This document shows, piece after piece, positions 9,556-19,287 of a DNA stretch of 64,000 bases. The position numbers and the translations under genes are program-made. How positions within the stretch are numbered: position 1 is the first letter of the stretch; each line of letters begins with the position of its first letter. A model generated the notes under the pieces. That model worked only from the letters and a program-made list of their open reading frames with translations. It ran no database searches and was not told where the DNA came from. The stretch is from Deltaproteobacteria bacterium (GTDB lineage: Bacteria; Desulfobacterota; Dissulfuribacteria; Dissulfuribacterales; UBA5754), in the NCBI GenBank assembly GCA_036574075.1, contig JAINCN010000025.1:3336-67335 (forward strand), given 5' to 3'.

Positions 9556-9729
9556 CCTGAATCCGTGGGCCGACGGCTGGGGTATTTGTTCCGTGCGGCA
9601 AATAGCCCCCGTCCATGGGGGCGGATTTGCCTGCGGCGCCCGTCCATGGGCGCCTCACTCCACAAATATCCCCGCCGTCGGCTTATTCTATGAAATCGAA
9701 AGGTTGAGTGCATATCTCACGGATTCAGG
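9556..9729 (+). mobile_element. MITE-like palindromic repeat, copy B
   Basis: TIR CCTGAATCCGTG / CACGGATTCAGG. Flanking direct ATCGTA (9550-9555 and 9730-9735). IR 9570-9589 / 9662-9681. Hairpins at 9597-9631 and 9635-9654. A diverged ~34-nt module is at the right end. Located between the aminopeptidase stop and the thyX start. Confidence 0.85.
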
Positions 9730-9744
9730 ATCGTATCCCGCGTC

Positions 9745-11175
9745 CTATTCTGCAGAATAAAACGATGCGTACGCCCGATAGGTCATGTAGAGGTCTGCCT
9801 TGTGGGCGATCTCAAAGGGCGAATGCATGCCGAGAAGCGGTGGCCCTGCGTCCACGATGTCGAGTCCGTGGTATGCAAGGTACTTGGCCACGGTCCCGCC
9901 GCCGCCCTCGTCCACCTTGCCGAGTTCACCTGCCTGCCATACCACGCCCGCCCTGTTCCAGATCCTCCTGATCCATCCTATGTATTCTGCATGGGCATCG
10001 TTGGCAGCGGCCTTGCCGCGGGATCCGGTGTACTTGGTAAGGCAGATGCCGTATCCCATGCGGGCGTCGTTTCTTTTTTCATGGACATCCAGGTAATCTG
10101 GGTCGATGCCCGCAGTGACATCCGCTGATATGGCCTTGGAGGCGAAGAGGATGGAGAGGAGGGTATGGGGGTCGGCCGGTTTCCCCTCGCCTTTCATGAG
10201 TTCGTAGATGAGATGTTCAAGGAATCGGGACTTGGCCCCGGTATTCCCGTCGCTTCCGATCTCTTCCTTGTCGAGGAAGATGGCGATGGACGTAAGTGGA
10301 GGGTCTTCTACGTCGAGAATGGCCCGCAGGGAGGCGAATGCGCACGTCCGGTCGTCATGGCCGTAGGCACCGAGAAAGGCCCGGTCGAACCCCACGTCCC
10401 GCGCACTTCCCGCCGGGACGATTTCTATCTCTGCGCTCACCAGGTCCTCTTCCACGATGCCGTACCGGTCCCGGAGGAGCCGGAGGATGCCGAGCTTGAC
10501 AGCGTCCTTCAGGTCCTCGGGCCCGAGCAGGGGAAGCCCGCCGACGAGGACGTTCAGCTTCTCTGCAGGAAAGGCATCGCTAAGCTTCTTTTCTCCCTGT
10601 ACCTTGTATGCGAGGTGTGGCAGGAGATCGTTTATGACGAGGACCGGATCCGATGGGTCCTCGCCGAGACATATGGAGACCTTCTCCCCCCCTTCCGTGA
10701 GGACCACGCCATGGAGGGCGAGGGGGCGCGAGAGCCAGTGGTACTTCTTGATCCCCCCGTAATAGTGTGTCTTTAGGAATGCCATGGAAAAATCCTCGTA
10801 GAGGGGATTTTGCTTGAGGTCGAGGCGGGGCGCGTCGATATGGGAAGCAATGATGCGCAGACCATTCGAGAGGGGTTTTCTCCCGGGACGGACGAGGGCG
10901 ACGAGCTTGCCCCTGAAGGTCCGGATCTCGGGCCGGGCCTTTCCTGAGGACCCCCCGGGACGGACAAAGCCCGCCTTTTCGGCGATACCTTCGATGACGG
11001 AGACCGCCTCCCTCTCTGTCTTTGCCTGGGACAGGAAGGCCCGGCATGCGTCCGCATACGAGGCGCATTCCTCGCGTTCCTTGGGGCCCAAGGTCTCCCA
11101 GACGGGTTTTCCGGTTCGAAGGAGGTCTTTAGCGAGTTTCTTGCAATCGGATTTGGAAAGTCTTTCGTTGGGCAT
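9745..11175 (-). CDS. M18-family aminopeptidase (aminopeptidase 1-like)
   Basis: IIASHIDAPRLDLKQNPLYED and THYYGGIKKYHW motifs of the M18 family. Start taken at MPNERLSK (ATG at 11175); the ORF is open to 11238. Confidence 0.85.
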   Translation of the reverse strand: MPNERLSKSDCKKLAKDLLRTGKPVWETLGPKEREECASYADACRAFLSQAKTEREAVSVIEGIAEKAGFVRPGGSSGKARPEIRTFRGKLVALVRPGRKPLSNGLRIIASHIDAPRLDLKQNPLYEDFSMAFLKTHYYGGIKKYHWLSRPLALHGVVLTEGGEKVSICLGEDPSDPVLVINDLLPHLAYKVQGEKKLSDAFPAEKLNVLVGGLPLLGPEDLKDAVKLGILRLLRDRYGIVEEDLVSAEIEIVPAGSARDVGFDRAFLGAYGHDDRTCAFASLRAILDVEDPPLTSIAIFLDKEEIGSDGNTGAKSRFLEHLIYELMKGEGKPADPHTLLSILFASKAISADVTAGIDPDYLDVHEKRNDARMGYGICLTKYTGSRGKAAANDAHAEYIGWIRRIWNRAGVVWQAGELGKVDEGGGGTVAKYLAYHGLDIVDAGPPLLGMHSPFEIAHKADLYMTYRAYASFYSAE

Positions 11176-11360
11176 GGAGTCACCTCGGGAGGCGGAAAGT
11201 CCCGCACGGACGGTTCCCTGCGGGCGGAAATCTGGCATTTCGGGGAGACGTCGTATATTATACGAGGCTCTTCACAGGGGCATCCAGGTCCGCGCCTTTC
11301 GAGAGATAACGAAAGGGCGTCTTTAGTTATTTTACTACGTGTACCATTGGGAGAAGCCGC

Positions 11361-11642
11361 ATGGCAAGAGTAACCGTGGAAGATTGTCTGGAAAGGGTTC
11401 CGAGCCGATTCAACCTTATCTACCTCACCATTGAGCGGGTGAAACAGCTCAGGAATGGGGCCAAACCCCTTGTCGCCTGCAAGAACAAGGAGATCGTGAC
11501 CGCCCTCCGGGAGATTGCCCAGGGCAAGGTCACCTTCGATAACATCGATGATCTGGCCAAGGCCACTGAGGAGCAGCGTGTCCTCCTGACCTTGAAGGCC
11601 GGAGCCGTAAACGGGGAGCTGGCTGATTCGACGTCGGAGTAA
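11361..11642 (+). CDS. rpoZ: DNA-directed RNA polymerase subunit omega
   Basis: 93 aa. MARVTVEDCLERVPSRFNLIYLTIERVKQL is the canonical RpoZ N-terminus. Confidence 0.9.
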   Translation: MARVTVEDCLERVPSRFNLIYLTIERVKQLRNGAKPLVACKNKEIVTALREIAQGKVTFDNIDDLAKATEEQRVLLTLKAGAVNGELADSTSE

Positions 11643-11694
11643 GCCATATGCGGGTGCGCGGGAACAAGGCCTTCACCAAAGAGGGCGCAGATGA

Positions 11695-13346
<1,652 letters not shown>

Positions 13347-13352
13347 GAACCG

Positions 13353-13715
13353 ATGGATCAGAAGCAACTGGACCATTTCCGGTCCATCCTTAAAAGGCAG
13401 CTCGAGGAGCTCTTGAGCGAGGCGGGCAAGACCCTCGAAGAGATGACCGAGATGGAGGAGAATTACCCGGACCTCACCGACCGGGCCTCCGTGGAGTCGG
13501 ATCGGGGGTTCGAACTCCGAATCCGAGACCGGGAGAGAATGCTTATCAAGAAGATCAGAAAGGCCCTTGAACGAATCGAGAACGGGACATACGGGATCTG
13601 TGAAGGCTGCGGAGAGGAGATAGGGGTGAAACGTCTCGAGGCGAGGCCGGTGACGACCCTCTGCATAAAATGCAAATCCCGCCAGGAGCAGGAGGAGAAG
13701 GCCCGGGGGCAATAA
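13353..13715 (+). CDS. dksA: DksA/TraR-family C4 zinc-finger transcription factor
   Basis: 120 aa. Coiled-coil N-terminus and the CEGCGEEI...CIKC four-cysteine finger. Confidence 0.85.
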   Translation: MDQKQLDHFRSILKRQLEELLSEAGKTLEEMTEMEENYPDLTDRASVESDRGFELRIRDRERMLIKKIRKALERIENGTYGICEGCGEEIGVKRLEARPVTTLCIKCKSRQEQEEKARGQ

Positions 13716-13720
13716 AAAAG

Positions 13721-15880
13721 ATGAAACTCCATGTGGCCTTTCTCTGGCATATGCACCAGCCCCTTTATCTCGATCCGAGACGGGGCAGGTTTTCCATGCC
13801 ATGGGTCCGGCTCCATGGAGTGAAGGCCTACCATGACATGCTCACAAGCATCGAGGAGGTGCCCGGGACCCGGGCGACCTTCAACCTCGTCCCGTCCCTG
13901 CTCTTTCAGATCCAGGCCTATCAGAACGGAGTGACGGACGACTTTCTCGATGTGAGCCGGATCCCCGCTGGGGACCTGGACGAGCCATCCGTCGATTTCC
14001 TGCTCACACATTTTTTCAGCTGTCACTGGCCGACCATGGTGGCCCCCTATCCCCGCTATGTCCAGCTCCTCAACCTGCGGGGAAGGGAATATTCGCCTGC
14101 CAGGGCCCAAGATGCGAGACGAAGTTTTTCCCGTCAGGACCTCCTCGACCTCCAGGTCTGGTTCAACCTCACCTGGATTGGCTACACCGGCAGACGGGAT
14201 CCCTTTGTCCAGGGACTCTTTCAGAAAGGGCGCCTCTTCACCGAGGAGGAAAAGGGCAGGCTACTCGATTTCCACCTGGAGTACCTGGGAAGGCTCATTC
14301 CCAGATATACCGAGCTCTGGAACTGCGGCCACATAGACATTACGACAACCCCTTTCTATCACCCCATTCTTCCCCTGGTCTTCGACACCGACATCGCTGC
14401 CCGGGCCCGTCCGGGTGTCCATCTCCCCCCCCGCTTTTCCCACCCCAAGGACGTGGCGGTCCAGCTCGGCAGGGCCCGGCGGTTTTGCTCTGAGACGTTC
14501 GGCAGGGCGCCCACCGGCCTCTGGCCCTCGGAGGGGTCCGTTGCCCCGGAGGTGGTCCCGTTCGTGGCAGATGCGGGTTTTTCCTGGATGGCCACGGATG
14601 AATCCGTGCTTTTCTCTTCCCTTGAACATCCCGAACCCGAAAGCCTCTTCCAGCCCTACCGCTTCGAGTTCGAGGGAAAGGCTGTGGATATGGTTTTTCG
14701 TCACCACGAGCTCTCGGATCTCATCGGTTTTGTCTACAAGGGCAACGACCCCCATGTCTCCGTCAGCGATTTCATCGGTCGCCTCCACGAGATCCTGGGC
14801 CGGGCCCGGACCTTATCGCGTCCTCCTTTCGTCGCCGTCATACTCGACGGGGAAAATCCCTGGGAATACTATCCCGATGGCGGCGAGGCCTTTCTCGCCG
14901 AGCTTTATGCAAGGATCAACAAGGACCCGGACCTGGAGCTGGTCACCATCACCGACTACCTTTCCGGCCATCCACCCTCTAAGATGCTTAAAAGACTTCA
15001 TTCCGCCTCCTGGATCAACAACGATTTCGGGATCTGGATCGGTGGTGAGGAGGAAAACAAGGCCTGGCAGCTCCTTGGGGAGGCCAGGGAGGCCATCGAA
15101 CGCTTTCGCCGGAAGAACCCCGGAGACACACGTGCGGACAAGGCCTTAGAGTTCGTCCTGGCCGCTGAGGGAAGCGATTGGTTCTGGTGGTATGGGGACA
15201 AATTCGCAACCGATTACGCGTACGAATTCGACGAGCTTTTTCGTGCCAATCTCCAGAGGGTCTACATTGCCCTCGACCTCCCCGTTCCCCCGGCCCTGTT
15301 CGATCCTGTCCGCAGACCCAGGCCGGCCCGTCCCGCTGTTCTCCCTCTCGCCTTTATCCACCCAGTCATAGATGGCAGATTGAGCTATTATTGGGAGTGG
15401 GCCGGGGCGGGCGTGCTCCCGATAGAGGATAAAGGGGAAACCATGCACAAGGGAGAGGGGCGGATCTCGGAGCTGGCCTATGGGTTCGATCTCGCGTGGC
15501 TGTATCTCAGGATCACGGCGCGGGAATCCTTTTCCTCATGGAACAGTCAGGAAAGGCTCGTTGTCCGTCTGACCTCGCGTGACCTTGCCGTTTCCCTCAG
15601 GTTTGGACTACGGGAGGGCGATGTGCGGGCATGGGAATGTCATGTCACAAGGGATTCGGAGGATCTTCCCGTGATGGAAACCGGTGTCCGGTGGGCCGTG
15701 GGCGATGTGATGGAGATGGCCATCCCATTTGCCCTCCTTGCCGCTGGGGTCCATGATGAGGTCATGGTAACCTTAGAGATAGTGCTCAACGGCCTTGTCC
15801 AGGACCGGTGGCCCTCAGAGGGTTACATCTCTGTCATGGTCCCGGACGCGGATTTTGAAAAAAGGATCTGGCTTGTATGA
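13721..15880 (+). CDS. glycoside hydrolase family 57 protein (alpha-glucan-active enzyme)
   Basis: Start at MKLHVAFLWHMHQPLY (GH57 region I). Later WPSEGSV and DGENPWEYY motifs are typical of GH57. 719 aa. Confidence 0.85.
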   Translation: MKLHVAFLWHMHQPLYLDPRRGRFSMPWVRLHGVKAYHDMLTSIEEVPGTRATFNLVPSLLFQIQAYQNGVTDDFLDVSRIPAGDLDEPSVDFLLTHFFSCHWPTMVAPYPRYVQLLNLRGREYSPARAQDARRSFSRQDLLDLQVWFNLTWIGYTGRRDPFVQGLFQKGRLFTEEEKGRLLDFHLEYLGRLIPRYTELWNCGHIDITTTPFYHPILPLVFDTDIAARARPGVHLPPRFSHPKDVAVQLGRARRFCSETFGRAPTGLWPSEGSVAPEVVPFVADAGFSWMATDESVLFSSLEHPEPESLFQPYRFEFEGKAVDMVFRHHELSDLIGFVYKGNDPHVSVSDFIGRLHEILGRARTLSRPPFVAVILDGENPWEYYPDGGEAFLAELYARINKDPDLELVTITDYLSGHPPSKMLKRLHSASWINNDFGIWIGGEEENKAWQLLGEAREAIERFRRKNPGDTRADKALEFVLAAEGSDWFWWYGDKFATDYAYEFDELFRANLQRVYIALDLPVPPALFDPVRRPRPARPAVLPLAFIHPVIDGRLSYYWEWAGAGVLPIEDKGETMHKGEGRISELAYGFDLAWLYLRITARESFSSWNSQERLVVRLTSRDLAVSLRFGLREGDVRAWECHVTRDSEDLPVMETGVRWAVGDVMEMAIPFALLAAGVHDEVMVTLEIVLNGLVQDRWPSEGYISVMVPDADFEKRIWLV

Positions 15881-15887
15881 GGTAGGA

Positions 15888-16889
15888 ATGCCCGAACTCC
15901 GAAAAGACCCCATTGTCGCCCGCTGGGTGATCATCGCAAAGGAACGGGGAAAACGCCCAACGGATTTCGTCATAGAGGAAGAGAAGACGACCGGAGGATT
16001 TTGTCCCCTCTGCGAGGGAAACGAACACACCACACCTCCAGAGGTCCTCTCCTATGGCAGGCCCGGCTACGCCCCGAACATGCCAGGCTGGAGGCTCCGG
16101 GTCGTCCCGAACAAGTTTCCCGCCCTGATCATTGAAGGCAACCTGAACAAACGCGGAGAGGGCATGTTCGATAAGATGAACGGCATCGGGGCCCACGAGG
16201 TCATTATCGAGACACCCCGCCACGGCGAGACCATGGCTACCATGACTACGGAACAGATCTCGCTCATTTTCCAGGCATATCGGGACCGGATGGCAGATCT
16301 CACGCGGGACATGCGGTTCCGCTACATCATGATCTTCAAGAATTTCGGCAGGGCCGCAGGGGCATCTCTCGAACATTCCCATTCCCAGCTCATTGCCCTG
16401 CCCATTGTCCCGTACCTGATCCAGGAGGAGATCGACAGCGCCCACCGGTACTTCACATACAAGGACCGGTGCGTTTTCTGTGACATTATCCATCAAGAGC
16501 AGTCCCAAGGGGTGAGGGTCGTCTGTGAAAACGCCGAATTCATCACCGTCTGTCCTTTCGCTCCCCGCGCCCCTTTTGAGATGTGGGTCCTGCCCAAACG
16601 CCACGAATCCGATTATGTCGTCCTCGATGACCAGAGGCGGAGACTGCTTAGCGACCTCTTTCTCGAGACCATGCGCAGGCTCGACAAGGCCCTCCCACGC
16701 GTGCCGTTTAACTTTATGCTCCATACCGCCCCTCTGCGCACCCCGGATCTCGAACACTATCACTGGCATATTGAGATACTCCCCAAGCTCACCATGGTCG
16801 CAGGGTTCGAATGGGGAACGGGATTTTACATCAACCCGACACCGCCTGAGGAGGCGGCGAGTTTTTTGCGTGAAATCAGACTCGATTGA
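15888..16889 (+). CDS. galT: galactose-1-phosphate uridylyltransferase-like HIT-family nucleotidyltransferase
   Basis: Zinc site CPLCEGNE, and the active-site HSHSQ (H-x-H-x-Q). Start at MPELRKDPIV (ATG at 15888). Confidence 0.8.
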   Translation: MPELRKDPIVARWVIIAKERGKRPTDFVIEEEKTTGGFCPLCEGNEHTTPPEVLSYGRPGYAPNMPGWRLRVVPNKFPALIIEGNLNKRGEGMFDKMNGIGAHEVIIETPRHGETMATMTTEQISLIFQAYRDRMADLTRDMRFRYIMIFKNFGRAAGASLEHSHSQLIALPIVPYLIQEEIDSAHRYFTYKDRCVFCDIIHQEQSQGVRVVCENAEFITVCPFAPRAPFEMWVLPKRHESDYVVLDDQRRRLLSDLFLETMRRLDKALPRVPFNFMLHTAPLRTPDLEHYHWHIEILPKLTMVAGFEWGTGFYINPTPPEEAASFLREIRLD

Positions 16890-16907
16890 TAACAAGGGAG
16901 GTGTTTC

Positions 16908-17282
16908 ATGGCCGAGAACGGGAAAAAAAAGATCCTCGTGGTGGATGACGAAGAGAGCATACATTTCCTCTATCGGGAGGAATTCGAGGAGGAGGGCTAT
17001 GAAGTGACTTCTGCCATGTGCGGGGAGGAGGCCCTTGCCGCCTTTGATGCCGCCATGCCGGATCTCGTCATCCTGGATATCAACATGCCTGGGATGGACG
17101 GGATCGAGGTGCTGCGCCAGATGAAACAGAGGCGTCCTGATATCCCCGTGATCCTGAGCTCAGCCTATCCGGAGTACAAGCAGGATCTGGCCTCTTGGGC
17201 CTCGGACGACTACATCGTCAAGTCCTTCAGCCTCGATGAGCTGAAGGACTCAGTCAGGAGACATCTGGCCAAAAAAGGATGA
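16908..17282 (+). CDS. single-domain response regulator (CheY-like receiver)
   Basis: 124 aa. KILVVDDE, the phospho-acceptor context DLVILDINMPGMDG, and a conserved K (YIVKSF). GGGAGG ribosome-binding site upstream. Confidence 0.9.
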   Translation: MAENGKKKILVVDDEESIHFLYREEFEEEGYEVTSAMCGEEALAAFDAAMPDLVILDINMPGMDGIEVLRQMKQRRPDIPVILSSAYPEYKQDLASWASDDYIVKSFSLDELKDSVRRHLAKKG

Positions 17283-17288
17283 CACGCC

Positions 17289-17389
17289 CAGGAACACCTG
17301 TGCGAGAAGGCATGCAGGGCTACTCTGTGCCCTCTGTGTCCTCTGTGGTGAGTCTTTTCAGGAACACCTCGGCGAGAAGGAATGCGGGT
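17289..17389 (+). repeat. 31-nt imperfect direct repeat pair flanking the CACAGAG motif
   Basis: CAGGAACACCTGTGCGAGAAGGCATGCAGGG (17289-17319) and CAGGAACACCTCGGCGAGAAGGAATGCGGGT (17359-17389), 26/31 identical, separated by 39 nt. Confidence 0.6.
17323..17352 (-). repeat. CACAGAG-rich motif, copy 2 (reverse complement)
   Basis: The reverse complement reads CTCACCACAGAGGACACAGAGGGCACAGAG, closely matching 9507-9535. Confidence 0.6.
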
Positions 17390-17702
17390 CCTTTTTTCCT
17401 CTGACGCAGTAGACGGAAAATCCCACCGGAACGATACCCGACTGTCCCGTGCATACGGGATAGGGAGAGCTCTTTCCCCTCTTCCCATCGATCCACATGG
17501 TCGCATATTTGCAAAAGCAATAGCTGTTACCCGGTATTGATGGCTCGAAATGCCGGCAGACAAGGGTGTCCTGATCCATATAACCGGAGATCCGCGCTCT
17601 GGAACGCATGTCAGAAAATGGCAATCCTGCCATAATGTACCCCATGGATTGGGATGTTTTATGTATTATAATGCAATAAACATGCCACTAAAATTGATAT
17701 AA

Positions 17703-17721
17703 TTGTGACAATTTGTGACAA
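17703..17721. promoter_or_regulatory. tandem near-palindromic 9-mers (possible operator)
   Basis: TTGTGACAA-T-TTGTGACAA; each unit is TTGT-N-ACAA. It lies in an AT-rich patch ~320 nt upstream of the PilZ gene. No cognate regulator is identified. Confidence 0.3.
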
Positions 17722-17755
17722 TTATTTCGTATGCAAGGGCCATGTCAAGCCTTTT

Positions 17756-17930
17756 CCTGAATCCGTGAGATATGAACTTAACTTGGCAATTTTTCAAAAT
17801 AAGCCGGCGTTCGGGGTATTTGTTTCGTGCGGCAAATAGCCCCCCGTCCATGGGGGCGGATTTGCCGACGGCGCCCCTCCATGGGCGCCTCACTCCACAA
17901 ATACCCCGAACGCCGGCTCACGGATTCAGG
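17756..17930 (+). mobile_element. MITE-like palindromic repeat, copy C (shell inverted relative to A and B)
   Basis: TIR CCTGAATCCGTG / CACGGATTCAGG. Flanking direct CTTTT (17751-17755 and 17931-17935). Perfect 18-bp IR 17806-17823 / 17897-17914. The 34-nt module is at the left end (17769-17802) in reverse complement. The 50 terminal nt are 50/50 identical to the reverse complement of copy A 128-177. Confidence 0.85.
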
Positions 17931-18040
17931 CTTTTGTTCCTCTTTGATTGAATTTTTTCTTTGGCGAGAAAGATTTTTCCGGAAGTTTATTTCCTTTTCC
18001 CCGGAGCCGATACGAAAGGTGACAAGGAGGATCTGCCCAC

Positions 18041-18388
18041 ATGACCCATGCGGATCGGGATAAGAGAAGGTCTGTGCGTCTGCCGTTTCAGGCAGAAGTC
18101 GATTTTTCTGATGGCTCGAGGTTCTTTTCCGAACACATCGTCAACATAAGCACGGGAGGTATCCTCATAGAGGCATCGCGTTGCTGCGAGCCAGGAACCG
18201 AGCTCGTATTGATCCTTCCGTTCGTCCCCCCGCGAAAGGTCAGGGGGGTGGTCAGGTGGTGCACGAAAAAGGGCCGCGTGTATCAAGTGGGCATCCAGTT
18301 TGTGGACTTGACGCCTGAACAGGAAAGCTCCATCCGTCAATGCATGTCTGGGCTTTTCTGGAGTAGTGCAGATTCGCGTTTCTGTTGA
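18041..18388 (+). CDS. PilZ-domain protein (putative c-di-GMP receptor)
   Basis: 115 aa. RRSVR (RxxxR) and NISTGG (D/NxSxxG) PilZ motifs. AAGGAGG ribosome-binding site upstream. Confidence 0.8.
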   Translation: MTHADRDKRRSVRLPFQAEVDFSDGSRFFSEHIVNISTGGILIEASRCCEPGTELVLILPFVPPRKVRGVVRWCTKKGRVYQVGIQFVDLTPEQESSIRQCMSGLFWSSADSRFC

Positions 18389-18466
18389 CATAAGGAAGGG
18401 TGCGAGGTATTCCTTTAGCCTTCTTGGCTCCGTCTTGGAGCTGACTGAAAAATCAGGAGGTATGTC

Positions 18467-18757
18467 TTGGCCAATCACGCTTCCGCCCTCAAGAGGGCTC
18501 GACAAGCAGCAAAAAGGAATCTCAGGAATCGTTCCCGAAAGACGCGGGTCAAAAACGTCGTCAAGGAGGTCGAGGCAGCCATCTCCCGAAAGGCCTTCGA
18601 TGAGGTCGACATCCTTTTGAGAAAGGCACAAAAGGTCATCGACAAGGTTTCGGCCACCGGCACCATCCATAGGCGCACAGCTGCCCGCAAGATCTCCCGG
18701 CTCGGGAAAAAGGTCGCGCGTCTCTTATCCCAGCGTTCGGAAGGAGCCTCTTCCTAA
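18467..18757 (+). CDS. rpsT: 30S ribosomal protein S20
   Basis: MANHASALKRARQAAKRNLRNRSRK is the canonical S20 N-terminus. TTG start preceded by AGGAGG. The stop overlaps the lptE stop convergently. Confidence 0.9.
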   Translation: MANHASALKRARQAAKRNLRNRSRKTRVKNVVKEVEAAISRKAFDEVDILLRKAQKVIDKVSATGTIHRRTAARKISRLGKKVARLLSQRSEGASS

Positions 18758-19287
18758 AAAAGTCCAGCGATCCGGTGGTGGATGATCTCCGCCACCGTCC
18801 GGCTGAGTTTTCTGAGGGCCTCGTCCTTGAGGCCTTCGGTCTCCATGAGTTCTCTTCCCACAAGGAAATCCTCGTGGCGTGAAATGTCCGCCGTCTCCCA
18901 AAGGACATCCCCTGTTTTTCGGTCCACAAGACGGACGGAACAGACCGCGCTGATGCGCCGTTCGATAGTCAGGTCGTAGCGGACATAGGAAAGGCCGGAG
19001 GTGGCTACGCTTGCGACCTCACCTTCGAGGATGACGTCCGCTTCTTCTGGGGAGGCGAGGGTCAACGGGCCGCTCCTCAGGAATTCCTGCCTAAGTTCGT
19101 CAGTGATCCAGACACCGAGGAGAAGCTCGTTGGTTCGGTTTTCCCAAGGAGCCACATATACGGTCTTGATCCAGGACGGGATGGCGGGATTCGCTCCTTG
19201 CTGGAGGTGGTACCCGCAGCCGGAGAGGGACTCGAGGATGAAGAGTATGGATAGGAACAGTTTTCCCGCAGGTTTTGTGTACATCAC
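18754..19287 (-). CDS. lptE: LPS-assembly lipoprotein LptE-like
   Basis: 177 aa. Lipobox LSGC after a hydrophobic signal. Sits immediately downstream of leuS with a 4-nt overlap, the conserved leuS-lptE synteny. Confidence 0.65.
   Translation of the reverse strand: MMYTKPAGKLFLSILFILESLSGCGYHLQQGANPAIPSWIKTVYVAPWENRTNELLLGVWITDELRQEFLRSGPLTLASPEEADVILEGEVASVATSGLSYVRYDLTIERRISAVCSVRLVDRKTGDVLWETADISRHEDFLVGRELMETEGLKDEALRKLSRTVAEIIHHRIAGLF

Noticed and set aside
9478-9693. Small ORFs running through the MITE copies that share a peptide (...PWGRIC..PSMGASLHKYPERRL...). They are also seen at 40-, 17827-18063 and 48649-48906.
   Set aside because: The similarity comes from the nucleotide repeat. 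Starts and stops differ between copies, the frame is broken in copy D, and no ribosome-binding site is present. The sequence is better explained by nested inverted repeats.
13500-13530. tRNA T-loop-like strings: GGTTCGAACTCC at about 13507, and GGTTCAAGTCG at about 51915.
   Set aside because: The first lies inside the dksA reading frame, and the second is part of the cassette terminator stem. Neither has flanking acceptor, D or anticodon arms. No tRNA is supported anywhere in the window.
17289-17389. Repeat-spacer-repeat arrangement resembling a minimal CRISPR array.
   Set aside because: There are only two repeats, they are imperfect (26/31), and there are no cas genes or further units in the window.
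17358-17645. 95-aa Cys-rich ORF on the minus strand in the non-coding mosaic.
   Set aside because: It has no ribosome-binding site and no recognisable domain, and its composition looks random. It is left unannotated; transcript or proteomic data would be needed.
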